Position numbers and translations under genes: made by a program
Assembly: GCA_051859245.1 (NCBI GenBank)
Contig: JBHYGA010000001.1
Span: forward strand, 1,469,722 to 1,533,721
From: Gemmatimonadaceae bacterium
Lineage (GTDB): Bacteria; Gemmatimonadota; Gemmatimonadetes; Gemmatimonadales; Gemmatimonadaceae
Direction of reading: 5' to 3'
DNA: 64,000 nucleotides
Notes under the pieces: generated by a model
What the model was told of the DNA's origin: nothing
Seen by the model: only the letters and a program-made list of their open reading frames with translations
Database searches by the model: none
In this document: piece after piece, positions 1 to 8,903 of the stretch
Layout of the letters: every line of letters begins with the position of its first letter
How positions within the stretch are numbered: the first letter of the stretch is position 1

Positions 1-1
1 G

Positions 2-2607
2 GTCGCTGTGACCAGTACGCGCAATCAGCCCGAGAAAGTACTCGATGCACCGGCGCAGATTTCCGTGGTGTCGAGCGAACGAATCGCGGAGCGGCCGGCT
101 GTCACGGTGTCAGAAAACCTGAAGGCAGTGGCCGGTGTGGACGTGCAGCAGGGTGGAATCGCACAGTCCAACATTGTGGCGCGCGGATTCAACAACGCGT
201 TCTCCGGCAGCATGCTCATGTTGCAGGACTACCGCTTTGCCGGTGTGCCATCGCTGCGTGTGAACGTGCCGTTCCTGTTTACTGGCACCAACGAAGACAT
301 CGAGCGCATGGAAGTACTGCTCGGTCCCGCGTCGGCGCTCTACGGCCCGAACTCGGCCAACGGCGTCTTGCACGTGATAACGAAGTCGCCATTCACCTCG
401 CAGGGAACCACGGTGAGCATCGACGGCGGCGAGCGCTCGATCGTTCGCGCCGGTCTGCGGCACGCGGGCGCCACGGGAGAGAAGTTCGCGTACAAACTCT
501 CGGGCGAACTCATGCGCGGCAACGATTGGGAATACGCCGATCCCGCCGAACCCAATGTCTTTGGCAACTTCGCGCCGGCGAGCCGTCGCGGCCAGCCGAA
601 TCAGCGTGATTTTGCGCTCGAGAAGTATACCGGCGAAGCACGCATGGACATTCGTCCGCGTGAGGGCATGGAGCTGATCAGCACCGTGGGCTACACGAAT
701 GTTGGTTCTGGTCTGGAGCTCACGGGCGCCAACGGCACGTCGCAGATCAAAGGTTGGACGTACATGAATCTGCAGCAGCGGTTCCGTTGGAATCGGTTGT
801 TCGCGCAGGCGTTTATCAACAACAGCAACGCCGGCAACGACGACGCGAACTCCACCGACGGCACGTACCTGCTGCGCTCGGGTCAGCCGATTGTTGACAA
901 GTCAAGCGTTGCGGCGCTGCAGGTGCAGCACGGTTTTGACATGGCGAGCAACAAACAAACGTTTGTGTACGGACTCGATTATATCGCCACGCGGCCGGAG
1001 ACGGGCGGGACGATCAACGGTCAGAATGAAGACATCGACAACGTGAACGAGTACGGGGTGTACGTGCAGTCCACCACACGCCCGAGCCGTCGCTTCGAGT
1101 TGCTGACGGCGCTGCGTGTTGATGGCAATGACGTGATTGAGGGCGGATTTCTTTCGCCGCGTGTCGCGCTCACGTTCAAGCCAACCGAGAACCAGAATAT
1201 TCGTGCGACGTACAATCGCGCGTTCAGCACGCCGGCGAATTTTTCGTTCTTCCTCGATCTCATCCAGGCGCCGAACATCGGTGGCTCAGGCTTTGATGTC
1301 CGTGCATTTGGCAATCGTCCGAAAGAAGGGTGGTCGTTTCGCCGCGGCTGCACCGGTGCCTTTGGTGATCTGTGCATGAAGTCGCCGCTGGTTGGCGGGG
1401 GCGCGTATGTGGGCACGAGCGCAGCCTCGGCGTTCGGTCCGATCTTCCAGGCGCGTGGCGCGACGGTGCAGGCGGGTATTACTCCTGGCATCATCGGTGC
1501 GCTGCAGACGCTGGCCGGACTCCCCGCTGCACAGGCGCAGGCCCTCGGTACGGCGCTCGGCCAAGGCATCGTGGGTCACCTCGGCACGCGACACCGTCGG
1601 CTACAGAAATCGGCACCCGCGTGGCCTTCCTGGGAACGCCCGGAAATCTGCAGCCGAGCGCGGTGCAGGACATTCCCGCGCTCGAAGCCTCGTTTAACAA
1701 CACCTACGAAGTTGGCTACAAGGGCGTGATCGGAAACCGCGCCACGCTCGACGTCTCGTTCTGGCGGCAGCAGCGCGGAGATGTTGGAACACCGGCAGGA
1801 CTCGCCACGCCGAGCGTGTTCTTCCAGGATTCAGCGAACCTTCAGGCGTACATGAATGCGCAGATCACGCAGTATGCCACCGGTTTCTTGCAGTCGCAGG
1901 GATTCCCTGCGGCCAATGCAGCGGCGCTCGGTGCCGGACTTGCCGCTCAGCTTTCGCGTGGACTTGCCGGACAGTTTGCGCCGGCTCCGCTCGGTGTCGT
2001 CACCTTCGATGGCGAGAACATCCCCGCGAACGTCGTTTATGCCACGTACCAGTCAATCAACAGAGACATCTGGGTGAGCGGACTTGATCTGGCCGCCAGT
2101 TTCTCGGCCAGTCAGCGCCTGTCGTTCGAAGGCACGTACAGCTTCATGAACAAGAACGTGTTCAACGAAATCCCCGGCGGCAACGGCGCCCCGCTCATGG
2201 CCAACTCACCGCGTTCACGCGGCACGCTGGGCGTTCGCTTTGAAGATGCAGAGCGCGCGTATACGGTGGAAACGCGGGCCCGTTACTCGGAGTCATATCC
2301 GGTGAACTCCGGCGTGTACGCCACGAACACGGCCTTCCCGATTCCGGCCGGCAACCCGGGCGCCGTCGCGAACGCGGTTGGTGGATTTAACCGCTGCAAC
2401 CCGCGCCCCGCTGGCACCTACTGCTACAACAATGTGCCGGAGTTCTTCACGATGGATCTGCAGTTCTCCAAGCGCTTTGCCGTTGGCGAGCAGGAGCTGC
2501 GTTGGTCGGTGAACGGTCAGAACATTTTCGACAACAAGATCAACACGTTCCCCGGCGTGCCGCAGACCGGCCGCCTCGTAATGACGCGACTGCAGTACTC
2601 GTTCTGA
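2..2607 (+). CDS. TonB-dependent outer-membrane receptor, 5'-truncated by the window edge, with an apparent single-base frameshift near 1590
   Basis: Plug-domain motifs (DAPAQISVV, ARGF, IERMEVLLGPASALYG..GVLHVITK) lie in ORF 8..1729. The barrel C-terminus (NTYEVGYKG, NIFD, terminal YSF) lies in ORF 1372..2607. The frames switch at about 1590. Confidence 0.85.
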
Positions 2608-2650
2608 TCCGCTGAATGCACCCGCGCGCCATCAAAGGCGCGCGCAGTAC

Positions 2651-2688
2651 GCGCGGGGCGGCGTCCTTTACTGGGCGTCGCCCCGCGC
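2651..2688 (+). terminator. GC-rich hairpin after the TonB receptor (probable terminator)
   Basis: gcgcggggcggcgtcc...gggcgtcgccccgcgc inverted repeat 44 nt after the stop codon; short U tract. Confidence 0.55.
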
Positions 2689-2718
2689 CGCATTTCAGGT
2701 CGCTAGTTTGCAGGCATC

Positions 2719-3507
2719 ATGATCATTCTGCTTGATCCTGCGGCGCATCCGGTCATCGGTCATCGCGGCAATCGCGCGCACTCACCAGAGAACACGCTGG
2801 AGTCCATGCGCGAAGCCGTGGCGCTGGGTGTTGATGCGCTGGAGTTCGATGTGCACGTTTCGCGCGACGGCGTGGCCAGTGTGCATCATGACCTCACGCT
2901 GGACCGAACCACGAGTGGGACCGGGCCACTTGCCGCACGCTCGCGCGCCGAGCTCGACCTGTTGGATGCGGGCTTCCATTTCACAACGGACGGCGGCGCG
3001 TCGTATCCATGGCGCGAGATGGGTGTTCGCATTCCCACGCTCGACGCAGTCCTGGCCGAGTTCCCAACGCTGCCCATGATCATTGAGATCAAAACGCCGT
3101 CGGCCACGGCTGCGGTGCGTGCCGTGATTGCGCGTCATGCAGCCGAACGTCGCGTGATCGTGGCCGGTTTTGAATCCGCGAGTGTGCGCCCGCTGATTGG
3201 TGGACCCATTGCTCTGGGTGCGTGCACAGCCGATCTCGTGCGTTTGCTACCGGCCGCGATGCTCGGTCGTCGCGGTGCGGACGCACCGTTCATCGCGGCG
3301 TGCATTCCGCCCGTGCATAACGGACTGCCAGTCCCCGTCTCGCGCATCGCGCGCCTGATGCAGAAGCGCGGCGGTGTCACCCACGTGTGGACGGTGAATA
3401 GCGCGCACGAGGCACAATCGCTCTGGCGAAAGGGTGTGAACGGAATCATCAGCGATGATCCCGCCACCATCCTCGCGGCGCGCGCCCGAGAGCAGTCTTT
3501 CGGGTGA
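2719..3507 (+). CDS. Glycerophosphodiester phosphodiesterase (GDPD family)
   Basis: IGHRG, PENT, EFDVH, HD, IEIK, WTVN and GIISD motifs. Confidence 0.9.
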   Translation: MIILLDPAAHPVIGHRGNRAHSPENTLESMREAVALGVDALEFDVHVSRDGVASVHHDLTLDRTTSGTGPLAARSRAELDLLDAGFHFTTDGGASYPWREMGVRIPTLDAVLAEFPTLPMIIEIKTPSATAAVRAVIARHAAERRVIVAGFESASVRPLIGGPIALGACTADLVRLLPAAMLGRRGADAPFIAACIPPVHNGLPVPVSRIARLMQKRGGVTHVWTVNSAHEAQSLWRKGVNGIISDDPATILAARAREQSFG

Positions 3508-3831
3508 TCAGGACTCGTGCGTGAGGCGAGCCGCGGCGCCGGCCAGTAGTCCGGCAAAGAGCACCGCCACAATCATCAGCACAAACGCCGGCACTGGAAA
3601 CACACCACTGATGGCGTCGCGCAGTCGCCCGTACGCCGGATGTGTTGTTTGCCACGCGAGCAACGCGCCCCAGGCAAGCATGGCGCCGAGTGCCGCTTCA
3701 AGAACCGCCGAGTCCTGTCCGCGGCGGAGCATGGCGTACACCGCGCCAGTGAGCGGCACCGACCACCACCCGAGAAACCACGTGGCCAGCGCCACAACAA
3801 CGCCAACAAGAAGCGCACGAAGAATCAGCAT
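3508..3831 (-). CDS. Small hypothetical membrane protein (~107 aa)
   Basis: Hydrophobic ORF starting MLILRALLVGVVV; its ATG overlaps the TAA of the upstream acylase (TAATG). Confidence 0.7.
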   Translation of the reverse strand: MLILRALLVGVVVALATWFLGWWSVPLTGAVYAMLRRGQDSAVLEAALGAMLAWGALLAWQTTHPAYGRLRDAISGVFPVPAFVLMIVAVLFAGLLAGAAARLTHES

Positions 3832-6326
3832 TATGGTGTCCCCGCGGGTGTCAGCGTCAGCGTGGCGCGCACACGAGATCCGGTGAGTTCGGTGGCGGTT
3901 CGCGGAACGCGAAGCGTATCGAGACGGCCGGCCGTCCACGCTGCCAGTCTGTCATCGTACCGTTCACTCGCCGGGTGTCCCGACTGACCGCCCGGATAAA
4001 TCGCCTGCGCGCTGATTTCTGGTCCGAGTTCAACGACCATACGCCAGCTCGCGCCGTGCGTTCCTGCACCCGTTGATGGATTGAGCGTGCCACTTCCGCC
4101 CTGCATGGGAATGTTGAGTCGGCTCAGCGTCGGCATGCGCAGCAAGTGATTGATGTTCGCGGTCCGATGTTTTGACCACTGCCACTCGGCAGATTCTGGT
4201 GCGCCCAAACGCGCGACCAGATCGTCATATGCGCTCTCCAGTGCATCGGCCATGACTGCGTCGCGGTTCTCCACTTCTGATGTTCCGCGAATATCCCACC
4301 AGACGCTGCTCGGCTCATTGAGCAGCATCGCGGTCATCATATCCGTTGGTCTCGGTCCGGCAGATGCGCTGCTGCTTTCGGATTCGAGCAGTTCATCGTA
4401 CAACTGCGTGGAGAGCTCAGACATGGCGGCTTCAAACAGCAGCGCTGCCGTATTGTCGGTCGTGTACCGACGATCCCACGCGGCCAGCAGTTGTCCCGCG
4501 CGAACGAGCGACGGTCTCGGCGGACCGTCACGCGCGACTTGTACGAACACCGGCACGAAGGCATCGGCACGCGCACTGCGTGGTTCCGTCTGATACTGGC
4601 GCATGTCATCCGGCGTGACTTTGTCATTAGCCCGAAGCAGTTCGTTAATGCGCATCGCGCGCCACGGCCGTTCCCAGTCAGAGCCGAGATAACGCGGCTG
4701 CACGCGAGGATCGAGTGGCTCCTGATTCGCTGACGCGAGGAATCCCTGCGCTGGTGAGAACGATTGGGGATACTCGGCGACACTCCAATCACCAATCCAG
4801 TCGGCGCGTCGGCTGCTTCCGTCGCGCAGCACATCGCCGCGACCGGAGTCCGGGCGAATGGGATAGCGTCCGGTTGACCGAATACCAATGGTCCCGCTCC
4901 GATCTGCGACGAGCATGTTCTGCGCCGGGACGCGGAACCACTGCGCCAGTTCGTCGAGCAACGCTTGCGCCGTCGTGGCGCGCGCCGCGCGGTCAAACGC
5001 TTCGAGTTCCCGCGCCGGCCCCTCGAGCACCGTCCACCGATGCGAGATCCAGCGTTCGTTCACTCGGCGCAGCGGTCCCCGATGCGTGTAGCGCAACGTG
5101 TCTTCACGAATCAGCGCGCCGTCGCCGTTGAGATAGCGCTCGACGCGTCGCTCAAGCGGTTGCCATTCCCCATCAAGTTGGTAACGCGTGGGATTCAGCG
5201 CATCGTCCACGCGCTCGAGATAGAAGTCCATCACGTCGGCGCCAACGTTGGTGAACGTCCACGCCACATCCCGATTGAATCCGATCACAATACCAGGCAA
5301 TCCGGGGATCGTGACACCGTACACGTCGAGCGAATCGGCGACCACCAGATGCGCCTCGTACCAGATGGACGGCATGGTAAGTTCGAGGTGCGGATCACCC
5401 GCCAGCAAGGCGTGTCCACTGGCCGACCGCGACGGCGACACCGCCCAGTTATTGCTGCCGACGGCGTCCGGCGTTCGCTCAGGCAAGCCGAGTGCAATTC
5501 GCGTGTCCACGTTGCCGAGCTGATGAACGAGTGCGAGAGCCAGCGAGTCGGGTGCGCCCGGGGCCGCGAGCGCGACCGCGTCCACGCGCGGCGCGCTCTG
5601 TCCGTTGGGCTGAATCGGCTCAACGATTGGCGCGTGCACAGGGAATAGCGCATCGGCGGCGGCGCGACCAACCTTGGCGGCGGCGCGCATGTGTCGCAGT
5701 TCGTCTTCGGATGACGCGAGCGTGTAGCCCATGCGATTGAGCAGGTGCATCACATCGAGCGCGCTGAACGTGCGTGGTTCGCGACCAAGCAACTTGTATT
5801 CGACGGGCAGGTCGCGACGGGAGAGTTGCGCGATCCATGCGTTGATCCCGTCAGCGTACGCACGCATCATCTGCCACGAGGCTGTGGTGGTGTCAGCCTG
5901 CGCAACGCGTTGTTCCGCGGCTCGTGGCATGCCCAGCGCGCGCGTGGCCTGATCCAGTGGCAAGGCGCGGTCGCCCACCAACTCCGTTAGCGTGCCTCCG
6001 CCTGCGCGCGTCTGCAACTCGATCTGAAAGAGTCGATCACGTGCGACGACATAACCAAGCGCCCGATAGGCATCGCGCGTGTTGGCCGCGAAAATGTGGG
6101 GCACGCCACGATCATCGTACGTGATGTTCACCGGCGCGATGACACCGGGTATGGCGTCGCGTGCGGTCACCGGCAGCTCGGCGGTTTGCACAGCGGCGAA
6201 CAATCCATTCGCCGGGTCGAGCAGTGCACCGAGTGGAGGAAGAGGCCCCACGGGGCGAGCACCCACGTATCCAACAACAGCGAGCACAAGAAGCGCAGAG
6301 ACCGTACCGACACGCGATCGGGCCAT
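3831..6326 (-). CDS. Penicillin acylase / AHL-acylase family Ntn-hydrolase (peptidase S45)
   Basis: DDRGVPHIFA, GSNNW (nucleophile Ser), GDPHL, WYEAHL and PGGQSG motifs; N-terminal hydrophobic anchor; start placed at MARSRVG. Confidence 0.9.
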   Translation of the reverse strand: MARSRVGTVSALLVLAVVGYVGARPVGPLPPLGALLDPANGLFAAVQTAELPVTARDAIPGVIAPVNITYDDRGVPHIFAANTRDAYRALGYVVARDRLFQIELQTRAGGGTLTELVGDRALPLDQATRALGMPRAAEQRVAQADTTTASWQMMRAYADGINAWIAQLSRRDLPVEYKLLGREPRTFSALDVMHLLNRMGYTLASSEDELRHMRAAAKVGRAAADALFPVHAPIVEPIQPNGQSAPRVDAVALAAPGAPDSLALALVHQLGNVDTRIALGLPERTPDAVGSNNWAVSPSRSASGHALLAGDPHLELTMPSIWYEAHLVVADSLDVYGVTIPGLPGIVIGFNRDVAWTFTNVGADVMDFYLERVDDALNPTRYQLDGEWQPLERRVERYLNGDGALIREDTLRYTHRGPLRRVNERWISHRWTVLEGPARELEAFDRAARATTAQALLDELAQWFRVPAQNMLVADRSGTIGIRSTGRYPIRPDSGRGDVLRDGSSRRADWIGDWSVAEYPQSFSPAQGFLASANQEPLDPRVQPRYLGSDWERPWRAMRINELLRANDKVTPDDMRQYQTEPRSARADAFVPVFVQVARDGPPRPSLVRAGQLLAAWDRRYTTDNTAALLFEAAMSELSTQLYDELLESESSSASAGPRPTDMMTAMLLNEPSSVWWDIRGTSEVENRDAVMADALESAYDDLVARLGAPESAEWQWSKHRTANINHLLRMPTLSRLNIPMQGGSGTLNPSTGAGTHGASWRMVVELGPEISAQAIYPGGQSGHPASERYDDRLAAWTAGRLDTLRVPRTATELTGSRVRATLTLTPAGTP

Positions 6327-6513
6327 GGAAGCGTTGCTGAAATGGAGGAGGGAAGCGAGGCGCCCGTGGGCGCTTGCCGAACTGCTGACAAACGTGGCGT
6401 CCGTCACTCGACGCGGCAATGCGCGCTCGGCGATCAAATGCCCTGCGGGATTGTGAGCTGGTGTGCGATCAAATGGTGCAAGCATCCGCACAAGTTGGTG
6501 TTAGGATCGGGCC

Positions 6514-6885
6514 ATGACAAAAGCACGGCAGGCACTCGGGCTCCTTGGGGAGCGTATCGCGGCGCGCTGGATGCGGCGCGATGGTTGGGAATTGTTAGCG
6601 CATCGTTTTCGCAGCGGGCATCGGGATGTCGACTTGATCATGCAACGTGGGCACACGGTTGCATTTGTCGAAGTGAAAGCGCGTCGTGGTGAACGCTTCG
6701 GTTCACCGGTTGAGGCGGTGCATCCCAGAAAGCAGCGTGAGCTCTCCAAATCGGCGCAGGTCTGGGTGGACCGACACGGCACGCCGGAGGCCGTGTACCG
6801 CTTTGATGTGGTGGGTGTGCTGTTAGATTCGGAGAATGTTCGGGTCCGACACGTGCCTGACGCGTTCAACCTGCGTTCAAGTTAG
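6514..6885 (+). CDS. yraN: YraN family (UPF0102) endonuclease-like protein
   Basis: [21 protein letters not shown] and RFDVV motifs. Confidence 0.9.
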   Translation: MTKARQALGLLGERIAARWMRRDGWELLAHRFRSGHRDVDLIMQRGHTVAFVEVKARRGERFGSPVEAVHPRKQRELSKSAQVWVDRHGTPEAVYRFDVVGVLLDSENVRVRHVPDAFNLRSS

Positions 6886-6903
6886 GTCAGTTTTACCGAA
6901 ACA

Positions 6904-6930
6904 TGTGGATAACTTTGGGGGTTGTCCACG
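6904..6930. promoter_or_regulatory. Inverted pair of DnaA-box-like sites upstream of recA
   Basis: TGTGGATAA (perfect, 6904-6912) and TTGTCCACG (2 mismatches to TTATCCACA, 6922-6930). Confidence 0.5.
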
Positions 6931-7033
6931 AACGCACTCTTTCGTACTTTGTTCGGGTCTTGGCCGAGTTCTGGTGCGCGGTAGATTCCGCTTTGCCAGG
7001 GCGTGGCACCTTACCATCAACACGGGTGGAATA

Positions 7034-8080
7034 ATGGCCGTCTCCACATCGAACGACGACAAGCGCAAAGCCCTGGCGCTCGCGATTTCGCAGATCGAGA
7101 AGTCGCATGGCAAAGGATCGATCATGCGACTGGGCACTGACTCGAAAGTTCGAGTGGAGTGCATTCCAACCGGCGCGATCAATCTTGATGCCGCCATCGG
7201 CATCGGCGGAATTCCGCGCGGTCGCGTCACCGAAATCTACGGTCCGGAATCAAGCGGCAAAACTACGCTCTGCTTGCACGTGGTGGCGAACGCACAAAAG
7301 GCCGGCGGCGTGGCCGCGTTCATCGACGCTGAACACGCGCTCGACACCGAATACGCCAAGAAGCTCGGCGTCGACATTGAGAACTTGCTGATCTCTCAAC
7401 CTGACACCGGCGAGCAGGCGCTTGAGATCTGCGAAGTGCTCGTGCGCTCTGGCGCCGTGGACGTGATCATCATCGACTCGGTCGCCGCCCTTGTGCCCAA
7501 GGCGGAAATCGAAGGTGACATGGGCGACATGCAAATGGGTTTGCAGGCGCGCCTCATGAGTCAGGCGCTGCGCAAGCTCACGGGCGCAATCGCGCGGTCT
7601 AAAACGTCGGTGGTGTTCATCAACCAGCTGCGCGACAAGATCGGCGTGATGTTCGGCAGCCCGGAGACCACCACCGGTGGTAAGGCGCTCAAGTTCTACT
7701 CGTCAGTTCGTCTCGACATTCGTCGCATCGGTCCGGTCAAGGACAAAGACGAAGTGGTGGGTTCGCACGTGCGTGTAAAGGTGGTCAAGAACAAGGTGGC
7801 GCCCCCGTTCAAGCAAGCCGAGTTCGACATCATGTACGCCGAGGGCATCTCGCACACCTCGCTGCTGGTCGACATCGGCGCGGAAGCGGGCATCATCGAA
7901 AAGTCGGGTGCGTGGTACAGCTACGGCACGCAGCGCATTGGGCAGGGTCGCGAGAACGCCAAGTTGTTCCTCAAGGACAACCCGGTGCTCATGGCCGAAA
8001 TCGAAGAGAAGGTCAAAGTGTTGCTGGGCGTGAAGGCTGGTGCGCCTGAAGAGCCACCGGCGCCTGAGGTGGAGGAGTAA
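7034..8080 (+). CDS. recA: Recombinase RecA
   Basis: GPESSGKTT Walker [26 protein letters not shown] and KNKVAPPF motifs. Confidence 0.99.
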   Translation: MAVSTSNDDKRKALALAISQIEKSHGKGSIMRLGTDSKVRVECIPTGAINLDAAIGIGGIPRGRVTEIYGPESSGKTTLCLHVVANAQKAGGVAAFIDAEHALDTEYAKKLGVDIENLLISQPDTGEQALEICEVLVRSGAVDVIIIDSVAALVPKAEIEGDMGDMQMGLQARLMSQALRKLTGAIARSKTSVVFINQLRDKIGVMFGSPETTTGGKALKFYSSVRLDIRRIGPVKDKDEVVGSHVRVKVVKNKVAPPFKQAEFDIMYAEGISHTSLLVDIGAEAGIIEKSGAWYSYGTQRIGQGRENAKLFLKDNPVLMAEIEEKVKVLLGVKAGAPEEPPAPEVEE

Positions 8081-8121
8081 GAGCGAGTCGTCGCGCCTCA
8101 TGCGCGATTCGTGGAAGCAGC

Positions 8122-8200
8122 GAGGGCCGAGGGGTCGCTCGCGGTGTGAAGTGGTGCCCGGATCACCACGGCTCATCGTGAGTAGCCCCTCGGCTCTTTT
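8122..8200 (+). terminator. Long hairpin with short U tract between recA and recX
   Basis: Arms 8122-8134/8186-8198, gctcgcggtg/catcgtgagt and gtggtg/caccac; ends in ctttt. Confidence 0.55.
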
Positions 8201-8219
8201 GCTGCCCGGCACTCCTGGT

Positions 8220-8867
8220 GTGATCGCGCGCGTCGCGGAGCATGCGCGAAAGCCGGGCCGCTATCGCGTGCGCCTCGAAGACGGACGCACCTGGTTGGTG
8301 GACGCCGAAGCGATTACCACCGCCGGTGCGCTGCGCGAAGGCGTGGCGTTGGAGTCGGCGGCTATTGGGGCGCTGGAGGCGTCCCACGCGTTCGTCAGCG
8401 CGTTCGATCGGGCGCTGGGCATGCTGGCGCGAGCGCGTCGCACCAAACGCGAGTTGGAGCGCCGGCTGAGCCTCACGCAACCCGACAGCGCCGTGGTGCA
8501 GAAGGCGCTCGAACGACTCGAAAGCCTCGGGCTGCTTGATGACGATGCCGTCGCTCGCGCCGAGGCCGCCTCCCGATTTCGTCGTGGTGAAGGCGCCGGT
8601 CGTATTCGGCAATCGCTTGCGCGAAAGGGCGTGGACCGTGCGATTGTGGACGCCGCGATCCAGAGTGTCGCGGCCGAGGAGCAGGTCGATGATCTGGCGC
8701 TGTGTCGATCGGCGGGAGAAAAGCGGCTGAGATCGCTCCGAGCGCTGGCGCCCGATGTGCAGCGCCGCAGACTCATGGGGTTCTTGCTGCGACGCGGTTT
8801 TTCCGGTTACGACGTGTCGCAAGTCGTGCGCGAACTCATTCCACGCGAAAGACGCGGCTACGAGTAA
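8220..8867 (+). CDS. recX: Regulatory protein RecX (start uncertain: GTG 8178 or 8220)
   Basis: Directly after recA; RTKREL, LLDD, IRQSLARKGV and FLLRRGF motifs. Confidence 0.88.
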   Translation: MIARVAEHARKPGRYRVRLEDGRTWLVDAEAITTAGALREGVALESAAIGALEASHAFVSAFDRALGMLARARRTKRELERRLSLTQPDSAVVQKALERLESLGLLDDDAVARAEAASRFRRGEGAGRIRQSLARKGVDRAIVDAAIQSVAAEEQVDDLALCRSAGEKRLRSLRALAPDVQRRRLMGFLLRRGFSGYDVSQVVRELIPRERRGYE

Positions 8868-8903
8868 CACTGCGCGCCCGGTCAGGCATATATTTCACCG
8901 CTT

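Noticed and set aside
6836..7033. Long N-terminal extensions in the ORF track (recA; also acylase, heptose kinase, asparaginase, rpsU, infC)
   Set aside because: First-start artefacts; family homology begins at the downstream starts given in the features
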